A stretch of 8,707 nucleotides of DNA from Candidatus Electronema aureum. Lineage in GTDB: Bacteria > Desulfobacterota > Desulfobulbia > Desulfobulbales > Desulfobulbaceae. The notes below the pieces were generated by a model. The model was not told where the DNA came from, did not search any database, and was given only the letters and a program-made list of their open reading frames with translations. A program made the position numbers and the translations under genes. Of this stretch, positions 5,352-8,707 are shown piece after piece; within the stretch, counting starts at the first letter, position 1; each line of letters begins with the position of its first letter. Location: the NCBI GenBank assembly GCA_004284765.1, contig NQJD01000062.1, positions 1 through 8,707 of the forward strand, in the 5' to 3' direction.

Positions 5352-8300
5352 TCAATCCTTAATACAACGTATACTAGCACCTGCCGCAGCAACATCACTA
5401 CTCATTCGTACAGAATCAGTAGAAACGTCAATTTCTACTACGATAAAACGAGCATAACCTGCGTAGTAAGACGATGATGACCAATACGTTGCCCTTTGAT
5501 TTTTTTGAATCACCTGACCAGTATCGCTACGTCTCATCCCAGCTAACGGCAACCGCAATATATCACCTGAAGGCCATCCTAACGAATTAATAGCTGGCCA
5601 GGAATCTAATTCTATCTGCCATTCCTGTTCGGTCGGCAACCTGAAACCGGCTGGACAAGGATTGTTTGTACCATCTTTTCCTTGCCATAATGACGAATTT
5701 TGAAGTTTTCTCCATTCAAACGGGTAATCTCCATTAACAATAAACATACCATGACCGGGAATGTTTGTAGCTGATATCGTTGTAGTTATTGGACTGTCAA
5801 ACTTTTCATGTCCGTCATGTCCCCGGCCCCATTGATAAAGATCACCATAGGCCTGCTCATCATCATAATTTGTTGCCACTCGTGAAGCCCCAAGATTTCG
5901 ATCCATCCAGATTCTGGATGTCAAAGAAGTTACCGTTGGGATTGTAGGCTCCTGTATTGTTATGGTTAGTTTCTTTTCTGTCCAAGGGACACTTTCAGAG
6001 GAACCAATACTTGATGTTACGACAGCAAAATATGTTTTTCCCACTGTACCTTGGAAACTCGCATTTGTTGTTGCTGTTTCTATGGTAAAACCATTTGTAT
6101 GTGAATCAAAACTTTTAGGGTCTATTCCACTTTTATCAGAAATGTAAACTTTATATCCATTTGCAAAAGGTGATGCGTCCCAGCTTAGATAAACAACTGC
6201 TGAATCGTTCGATGTAAGAGCTAAATTCTTTGGGGGCTGAGGCGTTACTATTTTTTTTGAAACGACATTTACAAAAAATAGCTCTTTTTCAGATTCTCCG
6301 CTTGGTGTGGTCACATTTACTCTTCCCCGGATAAATACATGGTTAGCTCCTATTGGAATTTCTGGTGCAATAAAAGAAGCTGTTGTCCCATTATTTAAAA
6401 TGGAAACCCCCTCAGGTGAAGTAATTCTCCAATCGTATTCGGTTCCTGATGGTGGTGTGTAGGGTTCTGAATCAAAATTAAGGTCACCATCATCTAATTT
6501 CAATAAAATTTGTTCTCCAGGTTCTGCTGTCTGGAATTTCTTAACCAGACTTAACGATAGTTCTTTCTGTAAAATTTCCTGATCAAAAGTCGATCCATAC
6601 TCATAGGTATTATTCAGCGAACTTGTGTGAATTATTCCGAGCGGATCATTTTTATATTTCTTATATTGAACCCATGTGGATATCCCCAAAAAATCGTTGG
6701 TCACATTGGGGTTGTCCATTTTTACTGCAAGGCAACCGTTATAAGTGTCTCCGTAGTTATATAGGTTGAATTTACTCCCGCCAATTCCTTGAGAGATGCC
6801 GTAATAAATCGAATTATTAAAAACACCGTTCTCTCCCAGTGAACGAAATTGTATCTGACCTTCATCTATAATCAATCCATCGTTCGATAAGTTTTCAAAT
6901 TCTACACAGACAACGATAAAGTCTTTGATGGTCGAGACCTTTTTGATACGGATGTCCATCATAGCTGTAGATGAATTCTGTTGAGCAGGTGAAAGAATAA
7001 TCGCTTTTGCTTGTAAATCTTGCACATTCCTGTTCACCATCTCGATGGCATCATTAACTATTTTATCAAATAGCACTTTATCAACATTTCTATTGTTTAT
7101 GAAGTGCTGTTTTAGTTCCGACCATGTTGCCGGATGCCCATATTCAGCTTGCTGTGTTACAAACGCAAGTTTTCCTGCGGCATTATAACGCGCATTAAGA
7201 TAATCCAAAGCGGCACTATATGTATCAATCTCATCTTGCTTGCTATAAAGCATCCATGCTGCTATTCCATTCAAATAGACTTGGTAAACCTCTTGCGAGA
7301 ATTGACTGACGCAGTCCAAAGCACTGAATTTAGAAATATCGCGTTCCAAAAGACACTCTTCATACACCCTGGATCCTTTCAGAAATCCATCAACAGCACC
7401 GGCAGCCCACAGTTCATCTTTTCCTATGAAATATTCTTTAATTTTATCCTCCGTCATCGAAGACAACTCGCCTTCTGCTTTATTCTCAATATTCTTTAAT
7501 AAGTATTTTGTACCATTAGGATTTGCATTAAGTGATGAAATAGCAGCAAAAGCATCTGCTATAAATTTTGCAGATTTTTCCGCTTCCTTTTTTCTTTCTA
7601 AAACATTAAGAGATTCCCATACCATTGCACGATGTTGAAGATTCATTAAAGGCTCTACATGAAAATGCCAAAAATAATGATTTAATCTATACCAGGCACT
7701 CATGGGTGCATCTCCTTCAAGAATATCTCTATTGCATGGAAAATCTGTCAAACAGCCAGCCAAGGGAGAGTTGCCATGATAATAATCATAAATACCAGAA
7801 TTTTTTAAAAGTTCAGCCTTAGGGGCATCAATAGAATGCTGAATACTGCCCGTCTCATTTGCATTAAACTCCTTGCCGACTAACGTTTTAAATTGGCTTC
7901 TAAAATTTTGATCGTTTGGATCCACTTCATATATGGAATAGCTGAGTTTTTTAAGTGCTTCATCATCAGTTGTTTTGATCTGTATTCCGTTATCGGGCAG
8001 TCCGTCAGAATCCAAGCTTTGCATAATCATGGCTACTTGTTCGTAGCTGCTCATCTCATCAACAAAAACGTATTTATCTGCTCGTACTACCCCAATTGTT
8101 TGTCCACCAATAAGAAACTTTATTGTATCGCCTTTATTGTAGCGATATTCACACTTTTCTGTTGTTCTTCCGCTGAGACCAGAGCTGGTCTCATATTGCA
8201 TATTCGATACACAACTATCGATAAATTTACCTGTTTGGATTTGTGAACTTATGATAGGAATTATTTTGAATAGTAAGGAGCTTGATGCAGCAAATCCAAC

Positions 8301-8357
8301 CCTGAATGGACAGATTACAAACAATAACAATATAAATAACCAACTTTTTTTACTCAT
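5352..8357 (-). CDS. Large secreted multidomain protein: signal peptide, unknown ~600-aa N-terminal region, Ig/PKD-like module, FN3 module, C-terminal FISUMP (Fibrobacter succinogenes major paralogous) domain
   Basis: The 1001-aa ORF has AGGTGA 4 nt upstream of ATG 8357. The N-terminus MSKKSWLFILLLFVICPFRVGFA/ASSS is Sec signal-like. YDWRITSPEGVSILNNGTTASFIAPE...VNVTTPSGESEKELFFVNVV is Ig/PKD-like. PPKNLALTSNDSAVVYLSWDASPFANGYKVYIS is FN3-like (~5960-6242). The last ~190 aa (5355-5936) read IWMDRNLGA...YGDLYQWGRGHDGHE...NPCPAGFRLPTEQEW...LPLAGMR...ATYWSSS...ASIRCIKD, which fits the FISUMP pattern. Confidence 0.85.
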   Translation of the reverse strand: MSKKSWLFILLLFVICPFRVGFAASSSLLFKIIPIISSQIQTGKFIDSCVSNMQYETSSGLSGRTTEKCEYRYNKGDTIKFLIGGQTIGVVRADKYVFVDEMSSYEQVAMIMQSLDSDGLPDNGIQIKTTDDEALKKLSYSIYEVDPNDQNFRSQFKTLVGKEFNANETGSIQHSIDAPKAELLKNSGIYDYYHGNSPLAGCLTDFPCNRDILEGDAPMSAWYRLNHYFWHFHVEPLMNLQHRAMVWESLNVLERKKEAEKSAKFIADAFAAISSLNANPNGTKYLLKNIENKAEGELSSMTEDKIKEYFIGKDELWAAGAVDGFLKGSRVYEECLLERDISKFSALDCVSQFSQEVYQVYLNGIAAWMLYSKQDEIDTYSAALDYLNARYNAAGKLAFVTQQAEYGHPATWSELKQHFINNRNVDKVLFDKIVNDAIEMVNRNVQDLQAKAIILSPAQQNSSTAMMDIRIKKVSTIKDFIVVCVEFENLSNDGLIIDEGQIQFRSLGENGVFNNSIYYGISQGIGGSKFNLYNYGDTYNGCLAVKMDNPNVTNDFLGISTWVQYKKYKNDPLGIIHTSSLNNTYEYGSTFDQEILQKELSLSLVKKFQTAEPGEQILLKLDDGDLNFDSEPYTPPSGTEYDWRITSPEGVSILNNGTTASFIAPEIPIGANHVFIRGRVNVTTPSGESEKELFFVNVVSKKIVTPQPPKNLALTSNDSAVVYLSWDASPFANGYKVYISDKSGIDPKSFDSHTNGFTIETATTNASFQGTVGKTYFAVVTSSIGSSESVPWTEKKLTITIQEPTIPTVTSLTSRIWMDRNLGASRVATNYDDEQAYGDLYQWGRGHDGHEKFDSPITTTISATNIPGHGMFIVNGDYPFEWRKLQNSSLWQGKDGTNNPCPAGFRLPTEQEWQIELDSWPAINSLGWPSGDILRLPLAGMRRSDTGQVIQKNQRATYWSSSSYYAGYARFIVVEIDVSTDSVRMSSDVAAAGASIRCIKD

Positions 8358-8520
8358 GTTTTCACCTGATAAAATGATTTTTCTTCATTTTTTTGAAAAA
8401 GGGAACATGTTAATGAGAGGATTAAATACCTAATGTGCAACTCTTAAAAAAGATGCCCGATCCATTGGGCGCATCCTGTAGAATAGTGGTATCTAAGCCC
8501 TATTCACAAGGAGTGCGACA

Positions 8521-8707
8521 ATGGATCGAGACGATTTTGTTATTGCTGTCTTTCTGCTTGTCTGTGAACAATACGGTGTCATCAGGCAGCAATGTCGGCT
8601 GCGGCGGGGCGGATTTAACCCTGCCTTAACAGATGAAGAAGTCATCACTATGGAAATCTGCGGCGAGTATTTCAAACTCGAATGTGATAAGGACATCTTC
8701 GCATACT
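8521..8707 (+). mobile_element. 5' part of a DDE-type IS transposase gene (IS4/IS5/IS982-like N-terminal region), running off the right edge
   Basis: AAGGAG at 8508-8513 lies 7 nt before ATG 8521. My translation MDRDDFVIAVFLLVCEQYGVIRQQCRLRRGGFNPALTDEEVITMEICGEYFKLECDKDIFAY has no stop before the window ends. The pattern (F.I.VF.LV...RRGG..P.LTDEEVITMEI.GEY) is typical of the N-termini of these transposase families. It is absent from the ORF track because it has no stop in the window. Confidence 0.55.

Noticed and set aside
5355-5936. Diversity-generating retroelement targeting the C-terminal lectin-like (FISUMP/DUF1566-type) domain
   Set aside because: These folds are known DGR targets, and runs of NNT codons occur near the C-terminus (GGT TAT GCT CGT TTT; GTT TCT ACT GAT TCT). 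However, I found no template-repeat copy of the 3' end in the downstream 5043-5351 region and no reverse transcriptase or Avd-like gene in the window. NNT codons are also expected in an AT-rich gene.
4023-8351. Homopolymer tracts as phase-variation switches (T8 at 4023-4030; A/T runs of 7-8 at ~5501, ~6252 and 8345-8351 within the secreted-protein gene)
   Set aside because: Runs of 7-8 A/T encoding Lys-Lys are expected in AT-rich coding DNA and are shorter than typical contingency-locus tracts. There is no evidence of frame disruption.
960-8357. Both large track ORFs are exactly 3006 nt / 1001 aa
   Set aside because: The sequences are unrelated in composition and content. The fusion gene's real start is probably 1038, so the equality is a coincidence.
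5962-8433. Plus-strand ORFs inside or next to the large minus-strand gene (5962..6147, 7134..7499, 7426..7638, 7625..7822, 7893..8246, 8251..8433)
   Set aside because: These are antisense shadows within a well-supported 1001-aa CDS. Their products are hydrophobic, low-complexity and motif-free.
8435-8696. ORFs 8435..8629 (+) and 8493..8696 (-)
   Set aside because: Both overlap, in other frames, the frame starting at ATG 8521. That frame has an SD and a transposase-like N-terminal sequence, which explains the region better.

Overview
This 8.7-kb window is a compositionally mosaic, accessory-looking bacterial region. Hand counts on single 60-nt lines give GC of 26/60 at 241-300, 40/60 at 1141-1200, 29/60 at 4561-4620, 25/60 at 6301-6360 and 20/60 at 7501-7560. 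From left to right: (1) The 3' part of an ORF open to the left edge (1-726, +) carries atypical-kinase-like motifs. (2) A GC-rich block (~960-4470) holds one uninterrupted 975-aa ORF (1038-3965, +). It joins a NifV-type homocitrate-synthase domain to a complete NifA-type sigma-54 activator (GAF, AAA+ with GAFTGA, Fis-type HTH). The ~90-aa linker between the two halves contains six CACYRGTG octamers in a strict 23-24-bp phase. A 21-bp perfect inverted repeat spans the stop codon, followed by a bidirectional terminator and a convergent, degraded HdrA-like remnant (4173-4470, -). (3) An intact yefM-yoeB type II toxin-antitoxin pair (4544-5046, +) has an E. coli-like paired GTAC-core operator. (4) An AT-rich 1001-aa secreted protein (5352-8357, -) has a signal peptide, Ig/PKD-like and FN3 modules and a C-terminal Fibrobacter-succinogenes-major-paralogous (FISUMP) domain. 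(5) The 5' end of a DDE IS transposase runs off the right edge (8521-8707, +). The best candidate for something undescribed is the NifV-NifA single-polypeptide architecture together with its repeat-bearing linker. Every family assignment here is motif recognition from memory, because no searches could be run.
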